A DNA stretch of 64,000 nt from Fidelibacterota bacterium (GCA_046735395.1 JBJKQR010000012.1:160001-224000), one strand, 5' to 3'. Positions 17,995-28,624 are shown, counted from the stretch's first letter. The notes: generated from the sequence alone by a model not told the origin. A program made the numbers and translations.

Positions 17995-18427
17995 AGGAGA
18001 TTCTATCTATACCAAATGGATACCCGGAGATGACAAACGCGGATTCACACTTCTGGAAATCGCCCTGTTCATCGCCATTGCCGCTGTGGGATTTATAACA
18101 ATAATTACTATTCTGAGCAGTACGGCCGGAAAATCCGCCGAGGCGCAGATCCGCGATACCATGATCAATCTGGCCCAGGAGCGGATGGATGTGGTCCGCG
18201 CGGCCGGATTTGATTATGCCCTCAACTTTCAGAATACGTCTGAAAATTCAATTTCAGACTTTCCGTATTATACGCGCCGTACACGGGTGCATTATCTGTC
18301 GGAAAACCTGGCTGACAGTTCGGGCACGGAGACACCCTTTATCCGCATTGTGGTGACCGTGAGCCATCCTGAACAGGCCGATGTGACCCTGTCAGCGTTC
18401 ATTACTTCACTGGGACAATTGAGATGA
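17987..18427 (+). CDS. Minor pilin, PilV/GspI-like
   Basis: RG|FTLLE; LAQERMD helix; C-terminal RIVVTVS. Confidence 0.75.
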   Translation: MNKGDSIYTKWIPGDDKRGFTLLEIALFIAIAAVGFITIITILSSTAGKSAEAQIRDTMINLAQERMDVVRAAGFDYALNFQNTSENSISDFPYYTRRTRVHYLSENLADSSGTETPFIRIVVTVSHPEQADVTLSAFITSLGQLR

Positions 18428-18990
18428 CAGTGCGCGTGATTCGGAACTGGCTTCGGGATGCAGATCCTTTCAGGAAAAACCGGCCTCAGGGAGGTTTCAC
18501 TCTCATTGAAATCATTGCCGCCGTCGTTGCCCTGTCCTTTGTGCTCTATATGTCCGTGGGACTGCTGTCACGCAGCGGACGCATCTATGAATTCATCCTC
18601 CAGCGCCAGAGCATTGCAAAAGCCAGCCGCCAGGCTCAGGAACGGATCTTTCAGGAAGTGAAACTTTCCGATTCGCTGATGGTGGCGGACCGGCAGGAAC
18701 TCAAGGTCCTGCCCGGATCCGGGAAAAACTGCAGCTATGTCATTACAGCAGACCGAATTACCCGCAGCGAGGACGGCGGCACACCGCAGATTCTGGTGAC
18801 GCATGTGAAGTCCGCCGCATCCTTTTTCCGTTATTATGATGCGAATGACCTGGAACTCAGTTCTGTCCCGCTCAGCGAAACAGATCTGCAGGCGGTACGC
18901 TTCATTGAGGTGAACCTGGCCTTCCTGAACCGGGATCAGAGTCTGACAAGCCGCAGGCTCATTTATCTGGAAAATTTCCGCTTTAAATAG
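18424..18990 (+). CDS. Minor pilin, PilW/GspJ-like
   Basis: GG|FTLIE; FRYYD; C-terminal IYLEN. Confidence 0.75.
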   Translation: MTVRVIRNWLRDADPFRKNRPQGGFTLIEIIAAVVALSFVLYMSVGLLSRSGRIYEFILQRQSIAKASRQAQERIFQEVKLSDSLMVADRQELKVLPGSGKNCSYVITADRITRSEDGGTPQILVTHVKSAASFFRYYDANDLELSSVPLSETDLQAVRFIEVNLAFLNRDQSLTSRRLIYLENFRFK

Positions 18991-19103
18991 ACGTTCTGAC
19001 AGACAGGCTCCGACAGTTCTCTCCGGCTCATGCGCCGGAAGGGAACCTTGGATTCACAGGATTTATTTATTAAACTTGGGCTGAAAAAACGATAAGGAGG
19101 CCT

Positions 19104-20528
19104 TTGATGACACCGGTTCTCGGCGGATTGATCCTGTACCTCATTGTAGTACTTGCGGTGGGGCTGGCGGCATACAGAAAAAACGAAACCCATGAGGATT
19201 ATCTGCTGGCGGGCAGGAAGCTGGGGCCCTGGGCTATTGCACTGTCCGAGCGGGCCTCCGGCGAAAGTGCCTGGCTGCTCATCGGGCTGCCCGGTGCCGC
19301 ACTGGCCAGCGGATATCTGGAACTGTGGGCTGCCCTGGGATGCCTGGCCGGAATCTTCGGCTCCTGGATCTTTATTGCCGCGCCGCTGAGAGAGATGAGC
19401 GGAAAATACGGGTCTCTGACTCTGCCTGATATGTTTGCCGCCCATTTCCGGGACGACAGCCACACTTTCAGGCTGATAGCCTCTCTCATCATCATCTTCT
19501 TTTTTACCTTTTATGTGGCGGCTCAGTTCAATGCCGCCGGCAAGGTTCTGAATGTGACCTTCGGCATGCCCCAGAGTACGGGAATGCTCATCGGGGCCGG
19601 GATCATCATAGTATACACGCTGCTCGGCGGGTTTTTCGCCGTGGTCTGGACGGATATGGTCCAGGCGGTCATCATGTTCACGACACTCGTCATTCTGCCG
19701 GTTGCCGGCCTGCTGGATGTGCTGCACAGCGATCCGGCTCTCATCCATGCCGGCAGCAGTGCCTGGTCGGGACTGCTGGGTGGAAAAACGGGAATGGGCG
19801 CATTTCTCGCTGTTCTGGGCGGTCTGAGCTGGGGACTGGGTTATACGGGACAGCCTCATCTTCTGGTCCGCTTCATGGCTATTCACAGCGGAGACGAGCT
19901 GCGTCGGGGCCGGGTCATTGCCTTTGTCTGGGCGGTGCCTGCTTTTCTCGGAGCTTTTTTTCTGGGAATTATCGGCTATAAACTCTATGGAATTGGTTAT
20001 TTCAGTGATCCGGAGCAGCTGATGCCCTTCATGGCTACGTCGCTCCTGCCGGGATGGGTGGCGGGCATTCTCATCTCCGGCGCCATCGCCGCCATGATGA
20101 GTACGGCCGATTCGCAGCTGCTGGTAACCAGTTCGGCGCTGACGGAAGATCTGATCAACAAGAGCGGCCGTAAAAAATTCAGTTCAGCGCAGCTGCTCAG
20201 GGTAGGCCGGCTCACGACCCTGACGGTGGGAATCGTGGCTCTGATCATGGCCTTCCAGACCAGCGATCTGGTCTTTTCCATGGTTTCCTACGCCTGGTCG
20301 GGTCTGGGAGCCAGCTTCGGCCCGCTGCTCGTGCTGGTACTCTACTGGAAGGGCATCACCCGGAACGGCGCTGTGGCCGGAATGGTGACCGGCGCACTGT
20401 CCACGGTAATCTGGAAAAATATCGCAGTGCTGCAGGCGGCCGTTTCGGAACGCCTCGCGTCCTGGGTCATCGCCTTCATCGTCATCATCGCCGTATCTCT
20501 TATTGAAAACCAACGAACAAAATCATAA
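19104..20528 (+). CDS. putP: Sodium/proline symporter (SSS family)
   Basis: DYLLAGRKLG, SERASGESAWLLIGLPG, GQPHLLVRFMA, MSTADSQLL, YAWSGLGASFGP. Confidence 0.85.
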   Translation: MMTPVLGGLILYLIVVLAVGLAAYRKNETHEDYLLAGRKLGPWAIALSERASGESAWLLIGLPGAALASGYLELWAALGCLAGIFGSWIFIAAPLREMSGKYGSLTLPDMFAAHFRDDSHTFRLIASLIIIFFFTFYVAAQFNAAGKVLNVTFGMPQSTGMLIGAGIIIVYTLLGGFFAVVWTDMVQAVIMFTTLVILPVAGLLDVLHSDPALIHAGSSAWSGLLGGKTGMGAFLAVLGGLSWGLGYTGQPHLLVRFMAIHSGDELRRGRVIAFVWAVPAFLGAFFLGIIGYKLYGIGYFSDPEQLMPFMATSLLPGWVAGILISGAIAAMMSTADSQLLVTSSALTEDLINKSGRKKFSSAQLLRVGRLTTLTVGIVALIMAFQTSDLVFSMVSYAWSGLGASFGPLLVLVLYWKGITRNGAVAGMVTGALSTVIWKNIAVLQAAVSERLASWVIAFIVIIAVSLIENQRTKS

Positions 20529-20646
20529 ATCAGGCCTGACGGCCCGGCGTCGCTGACCTGCCCGGGGGCAGGACGGCGCTGCGGCGGCATTCAGTTTATT
20601 TTACCTCTTCTGACAACCTGACGCGCCCCGAGGGTGTCTATGCAGT

Positions 20647-23364
20647 ATGAGAAGCGAACCATATTACAATTTCAGATGCAGGCTGGCAACTCTTTGCAGT
20701 TTCATACTGCTGGCGGGCAGCCTGCTTGCCGCCGCAGCGCCGCCGGACGGATTCTCCGTCCGTCAGCGAACGGTCCGGGACGGGCTGGTCTCCAACACGG
20801 TCAACAGACTGCTCCGCGGTCAGGATGGATATCTGTATGTGGGTGGAGATGGAGGCCTTCAGCGTTTTGACGGCCGGAACTTCATGCCTGTCCAGACTGG
20901 GGCCGGACAAAATTTTACGATTCCTGTACTCTGCATGACGGAGGATGACAGCGGCCGGATCTGGGTGGGAACCACAAAGCGCGGTCTCTGGGTTGTAGAC
21001 GGCACAGGAACACTCATTCAGGAGAAGGATGAATTCGGCCTGGATGCAGTGGGCGTGAGAAATCTCCATATGTCAGAGCGCTACGGCCTGCTTATTTCTT
21101 CGGATTACGGCCTGCTGACCAGACGAAACGGACGTATCCGGCCCTTTCCCGATGAAGCGGGAACCGGTCGGCGTATGGTGAGCGATACGGAGGAGGATGC
21201 CTCCGGAAATCTGTGGATTGCCACCTTCCGCGACGGCCTGATTCGCTGGGACGGACGGCATCGTCAGATCTTCAGCGGGGATGAGCGGATGAGCGGCAGT
21301 ATGATCTTTGATCTGTTCATGGATGGTGATACGCTCTATATCGCGACTCTGGACGGAGCCTTCCGCCTGTGGAATACGGATGAAGGCCCACAGTACGTGG
21401 ATGAATCCGAGTTTACTCCGGTACAGGTCTTCATCCGCAGTGAAAAAGGTGAGGTGCTGGCCGGAACAATGAATAACGGCCTGATGGCCTATTCCCGGAC
21501 CCTGAACCGGCTCGTGAAGACGGACCGGTTTTCCGGAAGCGGTGAAAGCTTCATTCATGATATTCTGGAAGAAAAGGCTTCCTGTCTCTGGGCCGCGACC
21601 GATCTTCATGGCCTGCTCCAGTTCCGGAAACGGATTCTGATTCCTCTTCCCGGTTCTGAAGGCCTGGCCTTTGAATGCCTCCTCCGTGATGGGGAGGGCA
21701 CTCTGTTCGCCGGAACACGGCGCAGCGGGCTCTATCAGATGAGAGAAACAGATTCGATGCTCGTCCGTGTTCCCGGATTTGAAAACAGTCATATATTGTC
21801 ATTGGCCGCCATTCATGGCAACCTCTTTGCTGGAACTTCGGGTGAGGGACTGCTTCGCCTGACCGATAAGGGCCTGACACCCCTCCGCAAGAATGGGGAA
21901 TTTCAATCGGTGATGGCCCTGCTGCCGGTGGATTCGGCCCTCTGGATCGGAAGTGAAACAGGGCTGTTCATTGATCCGAAGGGGCGCGGTGAAACCCTGT
22001 TTCCGCTTTCCGTGTTCAATGGCGAGGCAGTCCGTCTCCTTCGATCCCGCGGCGACAGTATTCTGGTGTTGTCATCTCAGGGCCTTTTTCTGACGGATCG
22101 GAACGGGCGTGACCGGAAACTGCTGGCTGATGCAGGCAGCACGGAATCCACCGCTGATATTCTGCTGGTCGGAAAAGGCGCTGCGCTGATTCGTATCAGT
22201 GCTGGAAATACAGGGCTTCGAATGCAGAGAGGGCAGTCTGTCATGCAATTCGGAAGGAAGGAGGGGCTTCCGACCGAACATCTGTATTCGCTGTATCTCA
22301 GCTCCGATTCCCTGCTTTTCATCGGATCTGACAAGGGGCCGCTTATCGTGCCGCTGCAGATATTTCTCGACGGATTTAACAAGGGGAGGATGAATGAAGG
22401 CTTCCGGCTGCTGAGCGAACAGTCCGAATCCATTCCGGCCCTGTGCAGTCCCGGAACCGGGTCCCGGCTCATGACCGAGAATCCGGACGGGCATATTCTG
22501 TTCGCGGGCCAGGGTGCCATTCTGTCCCTGCAGCCTTCGGACATTCCACAGGGGGAAAACCTTCGCCCGCGTATTGTCAGCCTGCGTGCAGGACAAAATA
22601 CGGTGGATACGCTGAATTGTACTCTGAAATTTCACCAGAATGATATAGATGTGGAAGTGAGCGCCGTCGGAATAATGAACGGGGAAAGTCCCCGCTTTCG
22701 ATGCCGCCTGTCCGGCAGGGATGAGCAGATCGGACTGCTGCTGGACGGACAGACACGGATCAGCTATAATAATCTCCCGCCGGGGCCTTATACATTCAGA
22801 GTTTCAGTGATGAATGAAAACGGACTGTGGTCGGAGGATACAGCGAGCCTGAACTTCAGCATACTCCCGGCCATTCCCGCCATCGTCCTGCCCATTGTTC
22901 TGGCTCTTCTGCTTCTTGTCAGTGCCCTGGCCGTAAACCGTTACCGGGAGGGACGACCCGGACAGGCTGCGGGCAACGTATCGCGGAATCCTGTTGATCC
23001 TGAATTAGGCGAACGGCTGGAGGAACGATTAAAAAAACTGCTGGAAGAGGACAGACTGTATCTAAATCCGGATCTGAATCTCTCCGATCTCGCCTCGGCC
23101 GCCAGATGTCCGTCCTATCTTCTCAGCCGTTATATCAATGATAGATCCGGCAGTAATTTCAATGATTTTATCAATGATTACCGAATTCGCGAGGCCGCTG
23201 AACGCCTGCAGAGCCCCGAGTATGAATCAGAAAGTATTCTGGCCATCATGCTGGACTGCGGCTTCTACAGCAAGTCCGTCTTTAATTCCGCCTTTCGCAA
23301 GCGCATGGCCGTCACTCCGTCTGAATACCGGCGCGGTAAGCGAACTCCGGCACGAAAGGCATAA
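20647..23364 (+). CDS. Membrane-anchored sensor-regulator: beta-propeller + Y_Y_Y + TM + AraC HTH
   Basis: Repeated D..G.IW.GT blades, YNNLPPGPYTFRV, one TM helix, LYLNPDLNL...GFYSKSVFNSAFRK...TPSEYR. Confidence 0.85.
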   Translation: MRSEPYYNFRCRLATLCSFILLAGSLLAAAAPPDGFSVRQRTVRDGLVSNTVNRLLRGQDGYLYVGGDGGLQRFDGRNFMPVQTGAGQNFTIPVLCMTEDDSGRIWVGTTKRGLWVVDGTGTLIQEKDEFGLDAVGVRNLHMSERYGLLISSDYGLLTRRNGRIRPFPDEAGTGRRMVSDTEEDASGNLWIATFRDGLIRWDGRHRQIFSGDERMSGSMIFDLFMDGDTLYIATLDGAFRLWNTDEGPQYVDESEFTPVQVFIRSEKGEVLAGTMNNGLMAYSRTLNRLVKTDRFSGSGESFIHDILEEKASCLWAATDLHGLLQFRKRILIPLPGSEGLAFECLLRDGEGTLFAGTRRSGLYQMRETDSMLVRVPGFENSHILSLAAIHGNLFAGTSGEGLLRLTDKGLTPLRKNGEFQSVMALLPVDSALWIGSETGLFIDPKGRGETLFPLSVFNGEAVRLLRSRGDSILVLSSQGLFLTDRNGRDRKLLADAGSTESTADILLVGKGAALIRISAGNTGLRMQRGQSVMQFGRKEGLPTEHLYSLYLSSDSLLFIGSDKGPLIVPLQIFLDGFNKGRMNEGFRLLSEQSESIPALCSPGTGSRLMTENPDGHILFAGQGAILSLQPSDIPQGENLRPRIVSLRAGQNTVDTLNCTLKFHQNDIDVEVSAVGIMNGESPRFRCRLSGRDEQIGLLLDGQTRISYNNLPPGPYTFRVSVMNENGLWSEDTASLNFSILPAIPAIVLPIVLALLLLVSALAVNRYREGRPGQAAGNVSRNPVDPELGERLEERLKKLLEEDRLYLNPDLNLSDLASAARCPSYLLSRYINDRSGSNFNDFINDYRIREAAERLQSPEYESESILAIMLDCGFYSKSVFNSAFRKRMAVTPSEYRRGKRTPARKA

Positions 23365-23404
23365 GGATCAAGGCGCCAGGAGCCAGAAAAAATCCCCGTT
23401 TTTC

Positions 23405-23750
23405 ATAGCAGGGCAAATTCTCGTTTCTTCCTCAGCCTCAACCTCAACCTTAATTTTAATTTTCCTTCGCGATCTTTGCGGTCTCAGCATGAAACGTTCT
23501 TCCGCATCAACGCGGTTGAAAGAAGCTGGAAGTTGGAAGCTTGCGTCGCCGGTTTCCGGCTCCTGAAACAGCCCTACAAGATTACACGTTGATATTTACG
23601 AGTATACCCAGTTTCACAGCAGGGCATATTCTCGTTTCTTCCCTACTCTACCGCTTTACTACTTTACAATTTTAAAGGTTCTTCCTCATCTACTCATTTA
23701 CCCGTCTACGCATTAACGCCTTAACCCGGCAATTATCCAACCATCCAACT
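23405..23750. repeat. Second block of the modular repeat family, inverted relative to 5696-6125
   Basis: 23405-23446 is the exact reverse complement of 5779-5820; 23685-23715 is the reverse complement of 5873-5903. Confidence 0.9.
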
Positions 23751-23809
23751 ATTTTGATTAATGGTAAAAAACTGGTATATTCCGCAAATGTCTAAAAAAA
23801 GGAATAAGA

Positions 23810-24295
23810 ATGAAAATTGAAAAGAACAAAGTAGTCAGTATTAATTATACACTGAAATCCGATTCCGGGGAAGTCCTGGACAGTTCTGAAGGGCGTGAAC
23901 CTCTTGAATATATTCATGGAATGGGAAACCTCATTCCCGGCCTGGAGAAGGAACTGGACGGCAAGGGCGCAGGGGAGACCCTGCAGGCGGTCATTGCACC
24001 GGCCGAAGCATATGGCGAATACAGCGACGAGCTGGTTCAGACCGTTTCCCGCACCCAGTTTGAAAATCCGGATGATATCAGGGAGGGGGCCCAGTTTCAG
24101 GTACAGACCCAGCATGATGTGCGTATTGCCACGGTGACGACCGTCGAGGGTGACAATGTGACACTGGATCTGAATCATCCGCTTGCCGGTGAAACCCTGC
24201 ATTTTGACGTGGATGTCGTGTCCGTCCGCGAAGCAAGCGCGGAGGAGCTGGATCACGGCCATGTACACGGTGCTCACGGACATCATCACCACTGA
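23810..24295 (+). CDS. slyD: FKBP-type peptidyl-prolyl isomerase SlyD
   Basis: LIPGLE, AYGE, DLNHPLAG; His-rich tail. Confidence 0.95.
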   Translation: MKIEKNKVVSINYTLKSDSGEVLDSSEGREPLEYIHGMGNLIPGLEKELDGKGAGETLQAVIAPAEAYGEYSDELVQTVSRTQFENPDDIREGAQFQVQTQHDVRIATVTTVEGDNVTLDLNHPLAGETLHFDVDVVSVREASAEELDHGHVHGAHGHHHH

Positions 24296-24447
24296 GATCA
24301 TTCTATTTCCGGGTGCCCATACCCGGAATAAATAATATTGAAAATATTGTCAATTTGGCGTTAACTATCCTGATGAGCCGGTGTCTAATCACCAATGGCA
24401 AAAATTCAAACAGGAAAATACAGTTCGTCCAGAAAGGATTACGAGGG

Positions 24448-26886
24448 TTGAAAAAACTGATCTTGGTTTCATTGTTTATTGTGATGGGCAGCAGCATGAT
24501 TTTCGGGCAGGCCGCGCGCCGGAACGCCTCCATCCGGGGCCGCATCATAGATATGGATACGGATATGACGGTGGAATATGCCAATGTACTGGTGAATTCG
24601 CTGCAGGACAGCACGCTGGTCAATGGAGGCATGAGCGATGATCAGGGGTATTTCCGCGTGGAAAACCTGGTGCCCGGAAGTTATTATGTGGAAGTGAAAT
24701 TCATCGGATATGAAGATTACATTTTTCATACGGTCAGAATAGATGACGAAAACCCCCAGGTGGATCTGGGAAATATCCCTCTGAAGAAATCCGTGATCCA
24801 CATGGACGGAGTACAGGTTGAGGCGGAGCGGCCCATTATTAATTATGAAATTGACAAAAAGGTCATTGATGTGAGAAAACAGGCCACGTCCGAATCCGGT
24901 ACGGCGGTGGACCTGCTTCAGAATGTCCCTTCCGTGGATGTGGACTTCGATGGGAATGTTTCACTGAGAGGGTCTTCATCATTTACGGTCCTCATTGACG
25001 GCCGGCCCACGATTCTGGATGCCAATGACGCCCTGGCGCAGATTCCGGCATCCACCATCGAGCAGATCGAAATCATTACCAATCCGTCTGTGAAATATGA
25101 TCCGGAGGGAATCGCCGGTATCATGAACATTGTCACGATCAAAAAGAAACTCACCGGCGTAAGCGGTATTGTCAATGCCCGCTACGGCAGCAATAACGAT
25201 CCCGGCGGAGATTTCCTCCTGAGCTTCAAACATGAAAAGTTCAACTGGTTCGTGAAGGGCATGTACCGTGGCGGAGAACATCCCGGAACCAGCGAAAGTT
25301 CACGAACCACGACAGTGGATACGCTGACGACCATTCTGGAATCGCAGGGCAGTTCAAACCGCGACCGGAATTTTGCCGGAGTTCAGACCGGTATTGAATA
25401 TTATCCGGGCAAAAATGATGTTCTGAGTCTGAGCGCCCGAATCGGAGATTTCCGGATGGGGGAGAAATCCACACTGGATTATACTGAGCAGCGCCTCATG
25501 CCGTCTGATTCGCTGGACCTTGCCTATACCGGCGTGGAAGACGGAAGCCATGGCGGAACCCATCTCTCGGCTTCATTGTCCTGGGATCATAATTTTGAAC
25601 AGGAAGGCCATAAATTATCCGCACAGGTCAATTTCATGAACCGGAATGGTTCAGAAAATTCGACGAATGAGGAATTTGATTCGAATCATCAGATCACGAG
25701 CGGCCAGATCAATACGGAAAAAGGCCCCATGACCCGTGTCCAGTACCGTTCCGATTATGAGAAGCCGCTGGGGGATTTCGGCAAGCTGGAGCTGGGCCTG
25801 GAAGGCAATGCCGGCGACAACCGGGATATGACGACGGTGAAGGATTATATCGACGGCGCCTATGTGGTGCAGGATTCTCTGGCCCGCGATGCCCGGTACC
25901 GGCAGAATATCAACGGTGTCTACGCTCTGGTCAATCAGAAGTACGGAAATATCGGCATCCAGGGCGGCCTGCGCATGGAATATACCTACCGTAAAATTTC
26001 CACAGGAGACAATACGGATGTATTCACCATTAACCGTCCGGATTATTTCCCCAGCCTCCACACCAGTTACGATCTCGGCAATGGGGACCAGCTTATGGCC
26101 AGCTATACCCGCCGCATTCAGCGCCCCCGGGGCTGGTATCTGGAACCTTTCCGGACCCGCATGGATTCGCGGAATGTCTGGGAAGGAAATCCGGGACTGC
26201 TGCCGTCCTACACCAATTCGGTCGAGGGCGGATACAAGAAGGTGGTCGGAAACAACGACGTCTATTTCGATCTTTTTTACCGCCAGACTCTGGATGAGGA
26301 TGAACGGATCACCGAACCGCTTACAGCCGACCTCTATCTGAATACGGTAAAGAACGTGGGAACCTCAACCTCCGCCGGTCTGGAAGCATCGGTCAATCTG
26401 ATTTTCCGGAAATTCTGGAGTCTCTATCTCACTAGTTCGGTGTACGATTACCGTCTGGCCGGAGAATATGTCGGTGTGGCCGACACGGTGGTATTTGATA
26501 CCCACGACACCTCCTGGAATGCGCGCTTCAACAACACATTCCGCCTGAATGAAAAATGTGAGCTGCAGGTGATGACCCGCTACCGCTCGGGACGGGTGAC
26601 GTCCCAGGGACGGGATGATGCCCGCTATCAGACCGACCTTTCCCTGAAATACCAGATACTCCGCAACAAGCTGACCGCCAATTTTCAGGTTCGGGACGTT
26701 TTCGGAACCGGCGTGCATGAATCCACCTCATCCGGTGCGAATTTTACCAGCCATTCTCTCCACACACATGATGCACCCTACTTTTCATTATCTCTCAAAT
26801 ATAATTTCAATAATTATCAGGAAAAACCGGGCGGCGGCCAGAATGGCGGCGGCGGTGATACGATGGATAACGGAGGCGATTACTGA
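24448..26886 (+). CDS. TonB-dependent-receptor-like outer-membrane barrel with carboxypeptidase-regulatory-like N-domain
   Basis: Likely TTG start (LKKLILV signal), plug LLQNVPSV..IEIITNPS, GNPGLLP, C-terminal LKYNF plus Gly-rich tail. Confidence 0.8.
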   Translation: MKKLILVSLFIVMGSSMIFGQAARRNASIRGRIIDMDTDMTVEYANVLVNSLQDSTLVNGGMSDDQGYFRVENLVPGSYYVEVKFIGYEDYIFHTVRIDDENPQVDLGNIPLKKSVIHMDGVQVEAERPIINYEIDKKVIDVRKQATSESGTAVDLLQNVPSVDVDFDGNVSLRGSSSFTVLIDGRPTILDANDALAQIPASTIEQIEIITNPSVKYDPEGIAGIMNIVTIKKKLTGVSGIVNARYGSNNDPGGDFLLSFKHEKFNWFVKGMYRGGEHPGTSESSRTTTVDTLTTILESQGSSNRDRNFAGVQTGIEYYPGKNDVLSLSARIGDFRMGEKSTLDYTEQRLMPSDSLDLAYTGVEDGSHGGTHLSASLSWDHNFEQEGHKLSAQVNFMNRNGSENSTNEEFDSNHQITSGQINTEKGPMTRVQYRSDYEKPLGDFGKLELGLEGNAGDNRDMTTVKDYIDGAYVVQDSLARDARYRQNINGVYALVNQKYGNIGIQGGLRMEYTYRKISTGDNTDVFTINRPDYFPSLHTSYDLGNGDQLMASYTRRIQRPRGWYLEPFRTRMDSRNVWEGNPGLLPSYTNSVEGGYKKVVGNNDVYFDLFYRQTLDEDERITEPLTADLYLNTVKNVGTSTSAGLEASVNLIFRKFWSLYLTSSVYDYRLAGEYVGVADTVVFDTHDTSWNARFNNTFRLNEKCELQVMTRYRSGRVTSQGRDDARYQTDLSLKYQILRNKLTANFQVRDVFGTGVHESTSSGANFTSHSLHTHDAPYFSLSLKYNFNNYQEKPGGGQNGGGGDTMDNGGDY

Positions 26887-27109
26887 TTTCCTGCAAGCGG
26901 TTGAAAGGTCGGAAAGAGGGCTTCCGATACATTCGAATCTGATTCGCGTCAGCTGTTCGCTACGGTAATTTGAGTTGCCGGTATTGCAGTGATGTCCCCT
27001 GTTCCGGTATCACATCAGGTAATATTCGCTAAATTCATAAAAAATAACTTATTCCTTTGCATTAATTCCCGGCATTTGTTAATTTCGCCCTCCAATCAAA
27101 GGGGGCTGA

Positions 27110-27991
27110 ATGCTCAGGAGCATGACAGGATACGGACGGGCTGCGGATCATTTCAACGGCCTGGATTGTAGCGTTGAAATTCGTTCGGTAAACAGCCGCT
27201 TTCAGGATATCTCCATCCATCTTCCCCGATCCATTTCATTTCTGGAATTGCCTCTTCGGGAGCAGATTCAGAAAAGCGGATTTCGCGGAAAGATCATCTG
27301 CTCGGTCAACCTGAGCGGAGATCTGTCGGTCTCCTCCGAATTCGTCCTCAATGAGCAGCTTCTGGAGAGCTATCTGTCCGTCAGCAATGAGCTGAAGACA
27401 CGCTTCGGACTGCCCGGTGAGATTTCCGTCTATACCATCATGAATCGCCAGGATGTGGTAAGCCTGGCGGAGAAGAAGGGAAGCGAGGAGCAGTTTTCAG
27501 GATTTGTCACATCTCTGCTCGCCGGAGCGCTGGAGTCCATGAACGAGATGCAGGAAACGGAAGGCGGAACGATCCGCGAATTATTCGTTTCTCTCCTGGA
27601 AGGCCTTGCCGAAAAGAACCGTCGTGTGGAATCCATGTACAAAACCGCCATTCAGGAATTCATCGACCGCTTTACTCAGCGCGTTTCCCAGCTGCTGAAC
27701 TCGGATATGCCGTCACCGGAAGCGCTGAATCACGAGATTGTCATTCTGGGTGACAAGCTGGACATTTCCGAGGAAATCAGCCGTCTGGCCTCCCATCTCG
27801 ATCAGTTCCGGACATATATGGATTCCGACGATTCGGCCGTGGGTAAAAAACTGAATTTTCTGCTGCAGGAAATGAACCGTGAAGCGACAACGATGGGGAA
27901 TAAGGCCAATAACAGTACCATTTCCTATCTTGTCGTAGAAATGAAAAATGAAATAGAGATGCTGCGCGAACAGGTGCAGAATCTCCAGTAA
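27110..27991 (+). CDS. yicC: YicC/YloC family endoribonuclease
   Basis: SMTGYG, EIRSVNSR, GKKLNFLLQEMNRE, REQVQN. Confidence 0.95.
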   Translation: MLRSMTGYGRAADHFNGLDCSVEIRSVNSRFQDISIHLPRSISFLELPLREQIQKSGFRGKIICSVNLSGDLSVSSEFVLNEQLLESYLSVSNELKTRFGLPGEISVYTIMNRQDVVSLAEKKGSEEQFSGFVTSLLAGALESMNEMQETEGGTIRELFVSLLEGLAEKNRRVESMYKTAIQEFIDRFTQRVSQLLNSDMPSPEALNHEIVILGDKLDISEEISRLASHLDQFRTYMDSDDSAVGKKLNFLLQEMNREATTMGNKANNSTISYLVVEMKNEIEMLREQVQNLQ

Positions 27992-28012
27992 AATATCAGG
28001 GAACTGACATAT

Positions 28013-28624
28013 ATGATGAAGGATGAGAGAATGCCCGGCCTCAATGATCAAGGGACTTCTGAAAAAGCGCAGGGCATTCTGATTATTTTTGCCGCCCATT
28101 CCGGAGCCGGAAAATCAACCATTATCAACCGGCTGCTGGAGAAGCATTCTGACTGGAAGTTTTCCATATCCTGCACGACGCGGGCTCCCCGGCAGGGAGA
28201 AAAAGACGGCCGCGAGTACTATTTCATCACTCACGAACGGTTCGATGAAATGGTTCGGAACGGGAAGCTGATGGAATATGAGAATGTGCATGGTGAATAT
28301 TACGGTACGCCCTCCGAACCCCTGGATGCAGCCGTTCGGAACGGGGAGGTGATGATCCTGGATCTGGATGTGTACGGAGCTCTGAACGTCCGCAGCGCCT
28401 ATCCGGATAATTCACGGGGCATCTTCATCGATGTGAGCGACCTGGCCGTCCTGGAAAAACGGCTGCTGTCGCGAAAGACCGAATCGACAGATAAAATAGC
28501 CGCCCGCCTGTCGCGGATTCCGGCTGAACGGGAAAAAATAAAGGGGTTTGACTATATCGTCCTCAATGATGATCTGGAGAAGGCGGTGGAACAAACCGAC
28601 AAAATTATAGTAGAGAACAGGTAA
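28013..28624 (+). CDS. gmk: Guanylate kinase
   Basis: SGAGKST, SCTTRAPR.GE.DG..YYF, YYGT. Confidence 0.95.
   Translation: MMKDERMPGLNDQGTSEKAQGILIIFAAHSGAGKSTIINRLLEKHSDWKFSISCTTRAPRQGEKDGREYYFITHERFDEMVRNGKLMEYENVHGEYYGTPSEPLDAAVRNGEVMILDLDVYGALNVRSAYPDNSRGIFIDVSDLAVLEKRLLSRKTESTDKIAARLSRIPAEREKIKGFDYIVLNDDLEKAVEQTDKIIVENR

Noticed and set aside
18991..19103. Riboswitch upstream of putP
   Set aside because: Only a GC-rich hairpin (about 19016-19047); no aptamer consensus I recognise.
26887..27109. ncRNA in the gap before yicC
   Set aside because: No recognisable structure or family motif by eye; a covariance-model search would be needed.
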